A DNA stretch of 64,000 nucleotides from Marsupella aquatica (taxonomy: Eukaryota > Plantae > Marchantiophyta). The translations under genes were made by a program, and so were the position numbers. The DNA lies in NCBI GenBank assembly GCA_973895155.1, contig OZ316897.1, positions 5,841,327-5,905,326 on the forward strand, given 5' to 3'. Below are positions 36,201 through 49,447 of the stretch, piece by piece. A model generated the notes under the pieces. The model did no database searches. It worked only from the letters and a program-made list of their open reading frames with translations, and was not told where the DNA came from. The stretch's first letter is position 1. Each line of letters begins with the position of its first letter.

Positions 36201-39200
36201 CAGTTGCTAAGTACTCAACAATACGGCTATTGTGTGTGCTTGTTGTTATGTTTGGTCTGCTGCTAGATCAGATGGATGTTGTCACAGCTTTCCTCTATGG
36301 CACCTTGGAAGAGGTGATCTTCATGAGACAGCCGCTAGGTTTTGTGAAGAAAGGGCAAGAGGATTTGGTTTGCAGATTGCTGAGATCCTTGTACGGGTTG
36401 AAGCAGTCACCAAGACAGTGGAATAAGCGGTTTGATGATTGGATTCATGCACAAGGCTTTCACAGGAGTGTGTTTGACCCATGTGTGTATCTTAAACCGG
36501 TGAAGAATGCTATCTTTGGGTTCATTGTTTTAGTACTTTATGTGGATGACATGCTAATTGCAGCCAAGGATAGGTCTGAGATTGTTAAGCTCAAGGCACT
36601 GCTTAGTGCAGAGTTTAAGATGAAGGACTTAGGGCCAGCTAAGAGGATTTTGGGTATGGAGATCACTAGGGACTTGGAGGCTGGCAAACTATGGTTGATG
36701 CATAGCAGTTATGCGAGGAAGGTAATTGCAAGGTTCAACATGGGGAATAGCAAGCCAGTAAGTACCCCATTGGCTCCACACTTCAAGTTATCATCAGCGT
36801 TCTGTCCTACGGATGACACAGAGAAGGGGTTGATGTCAAAGGTTTCGTATGACAAGGCAGTGGGGAGTCTCATGTATTTGATGACTTGCACTAGACCTGA
36901 TCTTGCCATGGCTATGTGTAAGTAGTGGGTAATTCCAAAAGCATGAAGAAACTGAAAATTTTTAAATTTTGTACGGTGTTTAGACTGCAATTATTGCTAA
37001 CTGTAATTGAAATAGCATTCAAAGTTACTAAGTTCCTAAGTTACAAGTAAACTCAGTTTACGAGTTTACTAGTTCACTGCTTTACGAGTTATGCCTTAAG
37101 AGTTGGCGATCCTGTGATCGTGACATCTTACGACTAGTTCAACGGGACTCCACAACGGATGAAGAGCTCACCTTGAAAGGGAAGGAATGCAAGACATAGG
37201 CGCTCATTACTGACTTATCTTCCACCTTACCTCTCAAACTCTGCCCAGCTTCAACCGATATTTCAGAGATGTCAGATGGAGACTTCGACCCTTCTATTCC
37301 AGGATGATGAATAGTGATGAGTTCCTGTTTCATTATTCCCAAGTGTATGCTGCTACCTGCAACAACTATGATGTGATCGGGATGTACAGAGAAGCTCTTC
37401 GTATAGATTCATGTTATTTGATGAAGAGAATGCCTTTGATGTACCCTGAGAGACAACTGAGATGCCTACCATACTCCAGAGGATCCCCACGCCAAGCTGA
37501 ACTGATGGAGGTTACTCAGAACCAAATTGTTACCCTTGTGGAGTTGCTGGAACCAGACGACATCCGACAGCAAGCTTGAAGAAGTCTTTAAGTGTTCTTA
37601 GTTAGTTTTTAGAGTAGTGCATCTTATCTGATTTTTAGAAATGTGTTCAAGAACTTTGGAAACTGTCATACTTCTTTAGTGTATAGTCTGTACCTAGGAA
37701 AACCTCCCGGCAAAATCTCAGAGTTTTCTGACTTATAGTTAAGAAGTTAAAAATAGTTGAATTCATCAAGTCTTTACTTTATCGCGATTACGAGTTACGA
37801 CTTAGCTTTTACTAGTTACGAGTTCATACTTAGCCATTTTTCCGGCTTTTCACTTACTGAATCGCCATTTTAAAATTTTGAGGGGTATGAAGAGGCATGT
37901 CTCTTTGACCCTGTGACCTCTCACTCAGTAGATTTTGACTATAAGATAGCTCTACCACTAGTGTAGATGATGGTAAAGTTTAGCAATTTTTGCCTTTCCT
38001 TGGTGTTCTGCCAGTTGATCATGAATGTTTAAGAGTTCGAGATCAAGTTTGACACTAGGAGAAGACTTTCCTCCTTCTTGTGGTTTAATCCTTTGTATAA
38101 ATCATGGGAAGTAAAATTCCAGTTGTGTAAATCTTATGAGATCTGATGACAGATTCCTCTTGGTGACTCATTGCAATCTCCTGAGTTCTTGGAGTTAACT
38201 CACTGAGTTTAAGTTTTATTTGAAATTGATGGATTTTCTTTCATGTTGCTTAGTACCATCTAAATGTTGAAGTAGCTACCTTTTAGATCTTATCTAAGTA
38301 CCACTTAGAAAGAAAGGATAAGACATGTTGACGGCATTTTAAAAGGTACTCTAGTAAACATTTTTAGATCTGAAAAACAATATGGATTTGAATCCTTAAG
38401 TCTTTTCATTTTGACTTATGTCTAAGGAGTAACCTTGGTCTATTCCAGACTCCCTTAGCATACTTTAAGATATTTTTCCTTGTGTTTTGTTAATCATTTC
38501 CTTTTCATTAATTTATGGTTACATGATGCTGAGTTGTCATTAAAAAACACTCACCGCTGTGGAGCGATCTTCAAAATACCTTATTAAAGTAATCAACTCT
38601 GATTACTATGTGTTAAAGAGAGTTCTTAAACTCTCATTTGTATTTTTATGTATCAAATCAACCCCATCTTGTTCTTTACGGGAACGAATACCGAGTTTGA
38701 AGATCTATAAATGTGTTTTTAGTTCTTCATAGCAAACTACACTATGGGCAAGGTGAGCAGGTACATGTCGAATCCAGGGAAGGTACACTGGGAAGCAGTG
38801 AAGTGGATTATTCGGTATTTGAAGGGTACCGTGGATCATGGTCTATTGTTTGATGCACATGCTGATAATGCTAGATCATTGATGGGCTATGTAGACGCTG
38901 ACTATGCACAGGATCTAGATCGGAGGAGGTCAACAACAGGTTATGTGTTCACACTTGGAGGTGGATGCATAAGTTGGAGGTCTACTTTGCATAAGTGTAT
39001 TGCTCAGTCTACTACAGAAGCAGAGTATGTTGCAGCAGCGGAAGCAACAAAGGAAGCGATTTGGTTGGATAGACTTATCACTGAGATGAGATTGCCACAG
39101 GGGAATGTGAAGCTCCATTGTGATAGTCAGAGTGCACTCCACCTTGCTGTGAACCAGGTGATGGACAGTAGAGTGAAGCACATCGACGTTAGGTACCATT

Positions 39201-39350
39201 TTATCAGGTAGACTGTGTCTGATAATATGTTTGAGCTAGTCAAGATTGACGGTAAACTCAACCCGGCTGACGCTTTTACCAAAGTGATTCCTTTGGAGAG
39301 TTTTTCTAGACACCGTGATGCGTTGCAGGTTTTGCAATTGCCTCGCAAGT
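33209..39350 (+). pseudogene. gag-pol: Copia gag-pol with stops/frameshifts and a solo-LTR insertion
   Basis: CWKCNQVGH, WILDCACSFH, WHSRLGH, HSDVWGP, FIDDYSR, YKARLVAKGF, QMDVVTAFLYG, LYVDDMLI, GYVDADYA, KHIDVRYHF. Confidence 0.95.
36917..38741. mobile_element. Solo LTR (1825 bp) of an unrelated family inserted in Copia RT
   Basis: TGTAAGT…AACTACA with a perfect 5-bp TSD CTATG. Removing it restores DLAMAM-GKVSRYM. Confidence 0.88.
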
Positions 39351-39530
39351 AGGGTTACTTAACATTTGTGTAGATACTGAGATATGCTCTTGCTCATTCC
39401 TTGTATAGGCTACGGCTTAGTTTTGGTCTACTCTCGTATAAAGAGGGAAAAACCGGTTTGGTTTTTCTTTCCAAAACTTTCCGCTGAGCAGTCATATTGG
39501 TAGCAGTCTTTACCCTCCCCTAGACCAGAG

Positions 39531-39543
39531 TCAAGGGGGAGAT
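39531..39543 (+). promoter_or_regulatory. Copia polypurine tract
   Basis: TCAAGGGGGAGAT immediately before the 3' LTR. Confidence 0.9.
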
Positions 39544-39888
39544 TGTTAGGATTTACTCTTAGGTCTAGAGTTACGAATGTACCATAGTTAAGACTAACCT
39601 TAGTCGCAGACTTGGTTAGGTTAGTCATGCTGTGCACACTCTATAACCAAGCGGTGTTTGCTTGGAGAGGTGGAACTCAGGCTCATTGTTACGGAGCCAG
39701 TTGAGAGATAGGGAGAGCTTGTGCTGTGGATGCTTGGTATGGCCGGTCGGCCTAGAGTGCAGTAAAGCTCTTGTGTGTTCCCGTGGACGTAGCCTCATGT
39801 GGAGGTGAACCACGTATCTCTCTGTGTCGACTATTGTGCTTTGGATGGTTCATGGGCTTGCCATTGCGATCGTCGTCTATGCTCAACA
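39544..39888 (+). repeat. Copia 3' LTR
   Basis: Direct repeat of 31481-31825. Confidence 0.95.
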
Positions 39889-42639
39889 AAGAAGTGGGGC
39901 AACAACGACAAGGCTCGCATGAAGAATGGCGGTGGAATGTACGGTAATAGGAAGGGTAATAGTAAACTTACAAGTCAATATCAGAGAATTATTACTAAAT
40001 ACATTAGAGATAGACAGGGCAATGAAAGTAGAGAAGATTTGAAGTCTGAAACTTTTTGGTGGCTGATTAGAGGTGCTTGGCCTAACTAGGTTTTGTGTTA
40101 GTCTTTGGCCTGGGGGTGTCCGGGGTGGCTTTCATCCCTGGCGGCGGTGTTTTGGGTTCCAGCCCTTGGTGTTCCAGGTTTTGTGGAAAAAAAAGGAAAA
40201 ATAAAAAGTTGAAAAATAAAAGGCAAAAAGCATTGGGTTTAGGATACCATCAAATAGTCCACAATGAGGTTTTTTTTCACCTGCCACTACTAACATACAG
40301 TGGTGGACCTTGCCACCCAGCGCTCTCACCAATCCCAACACCCACGCCTAAGTGCCCCTGGTGCCCAAACGTCTCCATGGAAAACCTCAAGCAAACAACC
40401 TAGTGCCCCTTGCATGCCCCGGGGCCCCTCCCATACGAAGCTGCACTTGCTCTCTAACACGATTGCTACTCAATGGTCCTCATTGTTTGCACAAGCAACC
40501 AAGCGTCTCGGTAAGTAACCCTTCAGGATCTAGATCTTCCAAGTCTAGCATCATAACTCAAGCTCAACAGACATTGGTAAGTAGGTCAGCGATAGGTCCT
40601 CTCAATGTCATAAGCCGGAACCGACACCCACTGTTCATCCAAAATAACTCCTTCCTTGGGCGCAGCCCGGATTCCTCCTTGTACCTATCCATCACCAACT
40701 GACCGCCCTGCCCCCAGGACATGCTCATGGCCCAAATAACATAGCTTGTCCTAAAGCTTGTCCCATCACGCCGGGACCAAAATGACCCTAACTCTAGCAA
40801 TCGACTCTCGGTTCTTGCCCAACTGATGGTCTAGGGGCCAAGTGCCCTTGGAACTCAACCTCCACGCCTACTTGGCCTTGCCTCCCCAATGCAAGCTCCC
40901 TTGAGAGACTGAACGCAGCTTGGCTACTATTTCGGTAGGATTTGGCAAGCAAACGAGATATCCCCCGCAAACCCCAAGAACCTATGGCATCCTCAGACCT
41001 AGATGAGCTCAGGAGGACGTAGCTCTCCTTGAGAGCTTTCCAACGCACCCAAAAAGTCCTCCAATGGACTTCCCGTTGGGAAGTTATTGTCATTATTTTC
41101 CGTTTGACATTTTCTCTTAGTGTTGTGACCGTCGCGGCTCACGACTTCGGCTCGCCCTTAGGCCCTAGATAGACACCACTCCCCTCATATATGCTTCTGG
41201 AGACCTTCCACCCCAAGACCAACTTTGGTCCCCAAATTTTGGCCCCCCACCTGGACCCAAACCCGCATATTTGGGCGTGCCACCAACTGGCAATGCCCAT
41301 AACTTTCTAGTTAGGCGTCCGCAAGCGGTGTGTCTTAGCTTGTTGTGATCAAGCCAAACAAGTGCTCATGCCTAGGCCCTCAGATCTCATGGTTGCTTGG
41401 GGCCCTAGATTGGCCAAACACGTATCGGGCCATAACTCGCACCCCAAGCGTCCTTTGCCCATGGAGTCAACTCCATTGGCCTTGGGCCAAAAGGAGCTCT
41501 CACTCAAACCCTCAGAACTCAAAGTCTGTCCGGGGGTCCAGACAGTTGACCTTGGGCCCGACCCTTTTTCCTTTGACCAAACCAACCCTCATCTAGTCTA
41601 AGTCTTTAGTGTGTGTCACCAGCTTACGTCCCATTGCCCACAAGTCTCCCCATGCTAAGTCCTCCCCGGATGGCCTATCTGGGCTTGGACCATAAGGGAG
41701 CTCGGCGTCGGAGTCAGTGACGTCGGAGCTAAGTGTTAAGGTAGTCGAGTTCCACGACTCATACCCTATCCCGCCACAAATTGGCCTTTGTTTGTTTACA
41801 AACTCAAGAAAAAGCGGAAACCAATCCTAGCTCTTCATTAAAAATTTGTTTTTCTAGCACCGTCAGATCCATTCATGCCCCTTTTAATCTCAATTGCCTC
41901 TACCTGAGTTTCTTGTAGCCTGCCCAAACCTAAATTTGATTTAAATGATAACTGAAACAATTAAATATTAAAATAATTGGATAATAGTTTTAAATTAAAA
42001 AATATATATATAGTTTTTCTATCACTCGGTTGTGCTTGGATTCTATGATGTAGTGATCGTTATCTCATTTCTCCAATTTTTGTGTGCAACGCACGGGTTA
42101 TTGAATATCACGACAGTAATTTTACCTTGCCTTTACATGTTTTTTTCATTTCGCCATTTTTTTTCACATTGACATCTTTATCTCATCACAACCATTCTTT
42201 CTCACCCTCAATATCTTTTTCTTTCCTTGATATCTTTTTTCACCTAACGTCAAACTTTTCCTCACCTCAACATCTTACCTTTTTCTAATTTTGATATTTT
42301 TATCTCACCACAATATCTTTTCCTCACCCTCAACATCTTTTCTCTTTTGAGTACTTTTCCTTAATCATCTTTTTCTCATTTCAACATTTTTTTGTTCATC
42401 TTGATTTCTTTATCTCACATTGACTTCTTCATCTCACATTGACTTCTTCATCTCACATAGGCATATATTTTACTCACCTCAATATCTTTTCCTTGCCTTT
42501 ACAAGTCTCAAGATCTTTTGTGTAAAGCACAAGTATCAGGACTATTTATTTAGATTATAAGAAGTTGACAACGAAATTCGTTTCCTTCATTTAAGTTAAT
42601 TAAGAACGGGAGAGGTTGTATAGGACCGTACAGTATAAT

Positions 42640-42743
42640 CGATAGGTGTTCGATTCGTTGTGGTAAACTCTGGTCGCCCATCTCCAGCCTACTCGATAGG
42701 TGCTCGATTCGTTGTGGTAAACTCTGGTTGCCCCTCTCCAGCC
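42640..42743. repeat. ~54-bp tandem duplication upstream of UBP24
   Basis: cgataggtgYtcgattcgttgtggtaaactctggtYgccc…ctccagcc twice. Confidence 0.85.
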
Positions 42744-43110
42744 CTAATCTGTAGAGTTATGCTTCGACCCATCTGCCAAGGCAAACAAAACCTTATGCTC
42801 TGGCTACGACCAATTACGGAGGGTGGACGAGGGAGTAGGACACCCAAACGGAACAGGTTCGGAAGGTAAAGAGGGAAAACGATGAAGGGGACGAACGACT
42901 GAGAGATGAAATCTTTGACACACAGTCGGACGGACGGACGGACGGGCGGCCAGCAAGCGAGGAACCTTGCAGCAGAATTCGGATTCGAAGGGTTCGAGAG
43001 AAGTGTGTTATTGTTTACCTCTGTTCGAAGTTTCGCTGTAGGTTTGAAGAATTTGTGAGGGAATCTACCTGTCGTTTCATCATCCTCGGCATGGCGTCGT
43101 ATCATCAAAT

Positions 43111-46100
43111 ATGACGGACCCCGTATGTTTCTCTCTGCTTCCCATCATGCCTGCCTGTTCTTCTCTCCCTCTGCGGCTTTGGACTCTTTTCTCGTGCTTT
43201 AGAAATCCTGGGGCTCTGAAATTTATCCATTTACAAAGTTTGGTTGTCTCCTCTGGTGTGGTTGGCAGTTGAGTGCTGGTAGATCTGTGGGATTTGTCTC
43301 ATATTTCTTGTGTGCTCCCCAAGTTGGTAGACCTAATTCTATGGTATGGGGGGTTTTCATGCTGTGTGTTCTGATCTCGTTACATGGATTGGTGTTTGTG
43401 GTGAATTTCGAAAGAGATGTGCTATTTTGGTACATGTGTGGTGAATTGGTGGCTACCAACTGTGGGGTCAAGGTCTTGGGGGTGGCGGAGCTATGTTTCT
43501 TCATATTATGGTATTTGGTCCTGTCTTGAGCGTAGGGAACGGTCTGTCCTGTAACGTAGTATCGGGGGTTCTCCATAGATCCCTTGATCCCTTGATCCCT
43601 TGATCGGTTTTGGTAATTGCCGATTCCAGTTGTTGTGTCGCGGATTCTAGTGCTTCTTTGTTCACCTCGGGACGGTGTTCCTCTTTTCAGTATGGCGATT
43701 TCCTTCGCATCAAACTCATTCTGCAGGGGGTTTCACAGGTTTTTTTATTTGGATCGTTTACTGAAGATGAGGCAACGTCGTATCAGTCCTCTACTGTGGG
43801 TCCTTCTATCGGGAAGAAAACTCAACCCCTGGCCAAAGTTGTGAAACAGAACGGCTTACCCGATACAAGACCTGTCTCTTCAGTCGTAAAACAAAATGGA
43901 CAGCTCGCACCCTCAAAAGGCAGCAATAACTCGAACGGTCGGTTTATATCAAATGGAAAGGCGGCACAAAATGCCGTCGATGTACTTGGGAAGGCTCTGG
44001 GGCAAAGTTTGAAAAAGCAGTCTGCGAGGCCTGGAGTTGCAGTGCCTGTCGGATTGCAGGCTGTAGTAAAGTCTTCTGTGCGAGGAGGCAGTTCCACAAA
44101 TTCTATTGTCTCTCCGACGTCGAAATTAAGCCAAGTATCAAATGGAGGAGGTTTACAGAGTGAGAGTAATCACACTGCCATTTTAACTCCTAAGGCCTCA
44201 GCCCCGGGAGAAAATGGAGGCGTCCAAAGTCCCGTGAAGGCTTCTGGTGACATGGGTAGCAACTTCGCGAATCATACCTTAGGTGCACGTAAGAAGGTGG
44301 AAGTTCCGGCAGAGTATGGGGATCAAGCCGATTGGTTGGTCATCAACGTCCTTGATGTCTCGGCTGAGAAAAATGTCCACGATTTTGGAGAATCTTCGAG
44401 GAACCCTGGACTCTTGAACTCCGTCAAGGGTAGTCCTGTGGAATCAGCGTTAGCACTGGTCGGGACTGTGGGCTCCGACGGAATATCAGAAACGATCGTT
44501 TCAGGCGCATCAGCCGATTACCAGTTAGGGGCCCGGCCTTCCAAACTCGTTCCAAAATCATGGGCGGCGTTAGTTGGAGTGCCAGAAGAACCGAGGGCTG
44601 CCCGCAAACAGTCTAGTGTGGTGAAAGGGAAAGGCAGAGAGTCTGCTGGCCAGTTGGGGTCGAATAAGTCACAGGTTACGGAGGTAGTTGTTGCCACCGT
44701 CACTGATTTAAGTGGGCAGGCATGGTTGAAGAGTCTCAATGAAGCAGAGGCTTCTGGTAGAAGGTTGCAGCCGAGGGGCCTGATTAATACGGGGAATTCT
44801 TGCTTTCTAAACTCTACCGTTCAGGCTATGCTGTCATGCTCAGCCTTTATACACTTGCTACAAGTGCTGAAAGCCCGAAACATGCCACAGGTAATTATTA
44901 TTTCTTTTTTGCATTACTACTCCTCCAAATACTCCTTTCCTTGAACCTTACTCTCATTTTCTTATCTTCTCCATTCCCCCATCGCCCCCCTGGGCGGTGA
45001 AAGCCTTCGTTAGGATCTTTGAAACCTCGTCATATTCTTTTGCGAGTAGAAGAATTTTTATGACACAATATTTGCTCTAGCATTTCTATTATGGTGTTGG
45101 TCTGGGTTCAACATGGACGATAATCAGTCTGATCAGCTTCCAAATAGACCTGAAGGTCATGCGTTGGCTTAAATAGCGCACGGACTCCAGAATCATGATT
45201 GAGGCTCTTGCTGTTTTTTGTTCGTTTCAGGTTGGTTATCCTACCCTCCGTGCTTTTCTGGATTTTTCTGGAGAGTTTGAACCATCTCCATTTCGAAATT
45301 TGACGAGAACTCGACGAGATGGAGATCTGAAATCCCCTCCTTCAATGACAGAGGTTGGGAAACCTTTTGCTCCAGCCATGTTTGATCCGATACTTCACAG
45401 CTTCACTCCTGATCAGCCCCCTCGTGGGACAGGTCGAAACAGGTATTGCCAAAGACCTCTGAAACAGGTCCTACCACTAAATAAGGAATTAACGTACCTG
45501 TAACGGAAAGGGCACTTCGTGACATCTGAGGGCAGTTGTCTTTCCCTGAAGTGATGGAGAAAACCTTCCTTACGGATAGTTCCAATTTGGAGGTCTGGTC
45601 CTTGCCTAATTTCATCATGCGCTTACCTAGATTCATTGGGTATGCAGACAAGAAGATGCACAGGAGTTTCTCAGTTTTGTTATAGATCGAATGCATGAAG
45701 AGCTTTTGCGTTTGCAAGGCAAAGACTCTCCCGGTGCACAGTCAGTATGTTTGGTTACATCTAGCGAGGATGATGATTGGGAGATGGTGGGGCCAAAGAA
45801 CCGCTCAGCTGTGACTCGTACTCACACATTTAGTGAGTCTGCAATAACAGACATCTTCGGAGGCCAATTGCGAAGTGTTGTGAAAACAAAAGGTATAGTG
45901 AGACTGGGTTATGTTCGCAAGACTATATTTTTTGAAGAATGGCGGCACAAATTATAATGCAGTTGGGAGATCGCAATTGCTTACTGTTTTGTCGTTTTAT
46001 GTTTTCTTGGTCTTGACGTAGTCATCATAGAGCGAGGGGAGGGGAAGTAGCATATTTTTTAAGTATACCAGCGTGATCCAGCTCATTTGCTAGGTGTATG

Positions 46101-47261
46101 AACTGTCAGATATGCACTTAATCCTTTGTCAGGGAGTCTGAAACCCGGCATCTGCTGAGTTCCATAGGCCGCTATTGGTCTTAGTTTTTGTTGGCCTCTG
46201 TTTGAGTACGAGAGTGTAATCGATAACATCGGTTATTTGACATTGTTTTAATCATTATGGGGTGTAGGCAACAAACTGTCACTGTCAGGTGTATTTTAGT
46301 ACGTAAGTGTAATCGAGAATATGGGGTACTTGACATTTGTTGTCATGATTGTGGGGGTGTAGGCAACAAAGCTTCTGCAACAGTCCAGCCATTTTTGGTT
46401 CTGCATCTGGATATTGTCCCGGAGGTTGTACATTCAGTTGAAGATGCATTGAGGTTTTTCGCTGCCCCTGAGTCACTTGAGGGTTATAAACCATCAACTG
46501 CAAAGGTTGGTCTTCTTCCGGCCTGGTCCCTCGGAACCTTGAATATCTCTTGGGGTGACTAATATTCAGGAGAATTATTAGAGTGCTTTCCATTACTTTG
46601 CTTTCCAGCTTTTAAACTTGATGGAAGTTTAGTTGTACACTGCTGCTGTCGGTTTCATCGTGTTTGACCCCGTGATGACAGGTAGGCGAGGTAGTGAGTG
46701 CTAGTAAATCTGTTAAGATACAGACTTTGCCAAGGGTGTTGATTTTACATTTAATGCGCTTTAGCTATGGTAGTGGCGGCTCAAGCAAACTTCACAAGCC
46801 TGTTCAGTTCCCATTGGAACTCAATTTAGGCCGCGAATTGCTTGCATCAACAACGGGCTCTGGAAATGAGGTACGTCGGACCTGCCAATCAGCCCAATGA
46901 GGCCTTCGAGTTTCTGGGTACATTGTAAGAGCAGCAATAAACTAAAAGGGTAAGATAAGGCTAGGATGAAGTGGAGTCAGTGCTTTATGTCTAGGTAGTA
47001 TATGACTTTCAGTGTGGCAGATCTGGATGGCACTCATCTGTGGGATTGCTTTGTGGGTAAATGCAGATCCGGAAATATGAACTAGTTGCAACCTTGTCAC
47101 ACCATGGGAAGGATCCAGCAGTTGGGCACTACACGGCTGATTCAAAACAAGCATCTGGACAATGGTTTCGCTTTGATGATGGAGTGGTCACCGGAGTTGG
47201 TGTTACTCGCGTGTTACAGGAGCAAGCCTATGTTCTATTCTACAGGCGCGCAAGGCTCTGA
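43111..47261 (+). CDS. UBP24: Ubiquitin carboxyl-terminal hydrolase (USP10/UBP24-like). Predicted exons 43111-43122, 43739-44890, 45231-45442, 45648-45892, 46363-46505, 46682-46870, 47067-47261
   Basis: N-terminal [11 protein letters not shown], Cys box [32 protein letters not shown], His box [14 protein letters not shown]…FDDG…AYVLFY. GT-AG introns that keep the frame. Confidence 0.92.
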
Positions 47262-48687
47262 GCAGAGTTGTTTTGACCTATTTTATTAGAAATGTGGAGG
47301 AAGGGAGTGGCCTCTGTTGAATGCGAAGCAGATTCTCTCCCCTGTACAAATGAGTGGGCCCACAAGGATATCTTTCACATTTTATGAAAAGAAGAGGGAA
47401 TTAGTCTGGAACTCCTCTAAACGTTCCTTCTAGATCTATTCATGGAATATACTAAGTTGGACACAGGCGTAGTTCATGTGCTCATTTGAGGTTTTGGCAG
47501 CGAGGATTGTGCTCTGATATCTAGAGCAATGTCCCTGAGTAATACAACTCCGTAAAGTCAATTGTTTGAAACTGAGCAGAGCCGAGGTCTGAGGGAAGAT
47601 ATTTTAACAAAGCTGCTCAATTCACCAGCCATGTTCTTTAAGAACTGTTTTGCTTAAACTAGAGTGATCCGAGTGTGTTAGTTTTGTTTGTGATGCAGTA
47701 ACTTTGATCCGAGTAAGTTTTTTGGACTTGTTTCAATGAACACCTGGAAGTCCGTACTTCAACTAGCATAGTAACTATTCGCCAGACTTCAATGAGTCTT
47801 TCACTGACGGTCGTGCTTGTCGTATTCCTTGAATTGAACGTGGCCGGCCAGAGTATATTTTGAAGGCTTTAACGATGTTGCCAACTTATTTTCTGTCGTC
47901 CACTGTCGATAGTGTCCTGCGTTTTCCGAGGTGGAGGAAACACGATGTGTACTAATGAACACACGTACAGGAAGACTACACAACTAGTAGCAGACTGGCC
48001 TAAAATGGGCAATGGGCACGGTCAACCTGATGGGCGAGATCTGTCAAGATAATGGTATTCACCAATCAACCGTCTTCCACGACCAAACGACAAGTAGGGC
48101 GAGATCTTCAACGTCAATCCGATTCTTGATGAGGTTGGGAACCTCCAAGATTCAGGCATCGATCATGAGAGATTGCAACTAAAATGCCAAAATTGATCGA
48201 GGTATCATCGCCCATGTCATCGACAAAGTCTTGAACTATTTCTAACGTGCTATCTGCTCCGGCAGCCCGACACGCTTGTCCCTTGCCAGAGGAAATGAAT
48301 GCGAAACCTTTCGTCACGTATGGGGAGTTGAGTTTGTTCCGATGTTTTCACCCTGGCAGCTAAAGACCCATTTCTGGAAAGGGTGCAATAGGCATGCCTT
48401 CAACTTATACTCTCTTTTTTTTGCGTTGAAGAGTGCTATCATTCAAAATACAAGATATCCACCCAAAATTATTACTTCTTGGATGGGGAACGATTTGGAA
48501 AAGATTTTAGACCCAAGCTTTGTATTTTAATATATCAGATATCTTCAAGCAGTTCTGTTCGTGTCGAAAATGCATCGGATTAAAGATACTGGCAAAAAGC
48601 TGTTACGAGTACAAGAGAAGATGCTTAAATGAAAATCTTTTGCGACACAGTGGAAGATGCTTAAAGCAATGTGCATTTCAATCCCCA

Positions 48688-48903
48688 GCCTGACAGTGCT
48701 TCAGGCTAGGTTCTGCTCCTACGTGTGACATGGGTACTCCTCCAAACCATCTTGGGCCTAGGCCTGACAGGACTTCTGACTAGGTCCCGCACCTACCTGT
48801 GACATAGGGACTCCAAACCATCTTGGGCCCTGGCCTGACAGTACTTCTACCTAGGTTCTGCCCCTACATTTGGTGACATGGGGACTCCAAACCAACTTGG
48901 GCA
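48688..48903. repeat. Tandem repeat ~70 bp x3
   Basis: gcctgacag…ctagg…gtgacatRgg…ctccaaacca.cttggg repeated three times. Confidence 0.8.
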
Positions 48904-49447
48904 GGTTCAATGTCTTATGGGCCTCAAACTTCAAGGAGATGCAAATATCGTCTGCAAGTGGTGCAGGATGTAAGAGTTACTTCAAGAAAATGCAATATTG
49001 TCTACAAGCAGTGTGGTTGAAACCAAAGCCTGGATGGACTTGAAGGTTGTCTCCCATCATCCCCATGGACAGAAATGCAAATATAGTCTGCGAGTGGTGT
49101 AGGATGTCAGAGTCACTTCAAGAAAATGCAAATATTGTCCAAACAACCCTAAACTTCTATTAAAAATATGCAAAGATAACCTGTAAGATAGAAGTGTAAA
49201 GAACAACATCCTAGCATATCTCTGTGTATTTGTCCAGTCCATCCAAATTTGGCTTGTCCATGGGGGCTTCATGGACAAAGTATCAGTACGTCTGGGCTTT
49301 AAGTTCAGTGTGGCTTGTTCAAAAGCAGATTCCCTTCAAAAATAAATAAAACTCAGTATGCATTTCAACCTGTTCTATCATGTGTATTAAAAAGTATCCT
49401 CATGATGCAATGGTGAGAATTTATTCAATGCAGTTTAAGAACAAAGA

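Larger units (their letters stand above)
31481..39888 (+). mobile_element. Full-length Ty1/Copia LTR retrotransposon (degenerate)
   Basis: 345-bp LTRs TGTT…AACA, PBS-Met, PPT, TSD AAGAG/AAGAA, and gag-PR-IN-RT-RH order. Confidence 0.97.
31356..40226 (+). mobile_element. Short 5'-truncated LINE-like insertion (~460 bp net) hosting the Copia element
   Basis: 17-bp direct repeat AAAGCATTGGGTTTAGG at 31339-31355 and 40227-40243. A-rich tail 40187-40226. Confidence 0.7.

Noticed and set aside
40300-41760. Possible further LTR-element remnant (GC-richer region)
   Set aside because: I could not identify termini, TSD, PBS or coding motifs.
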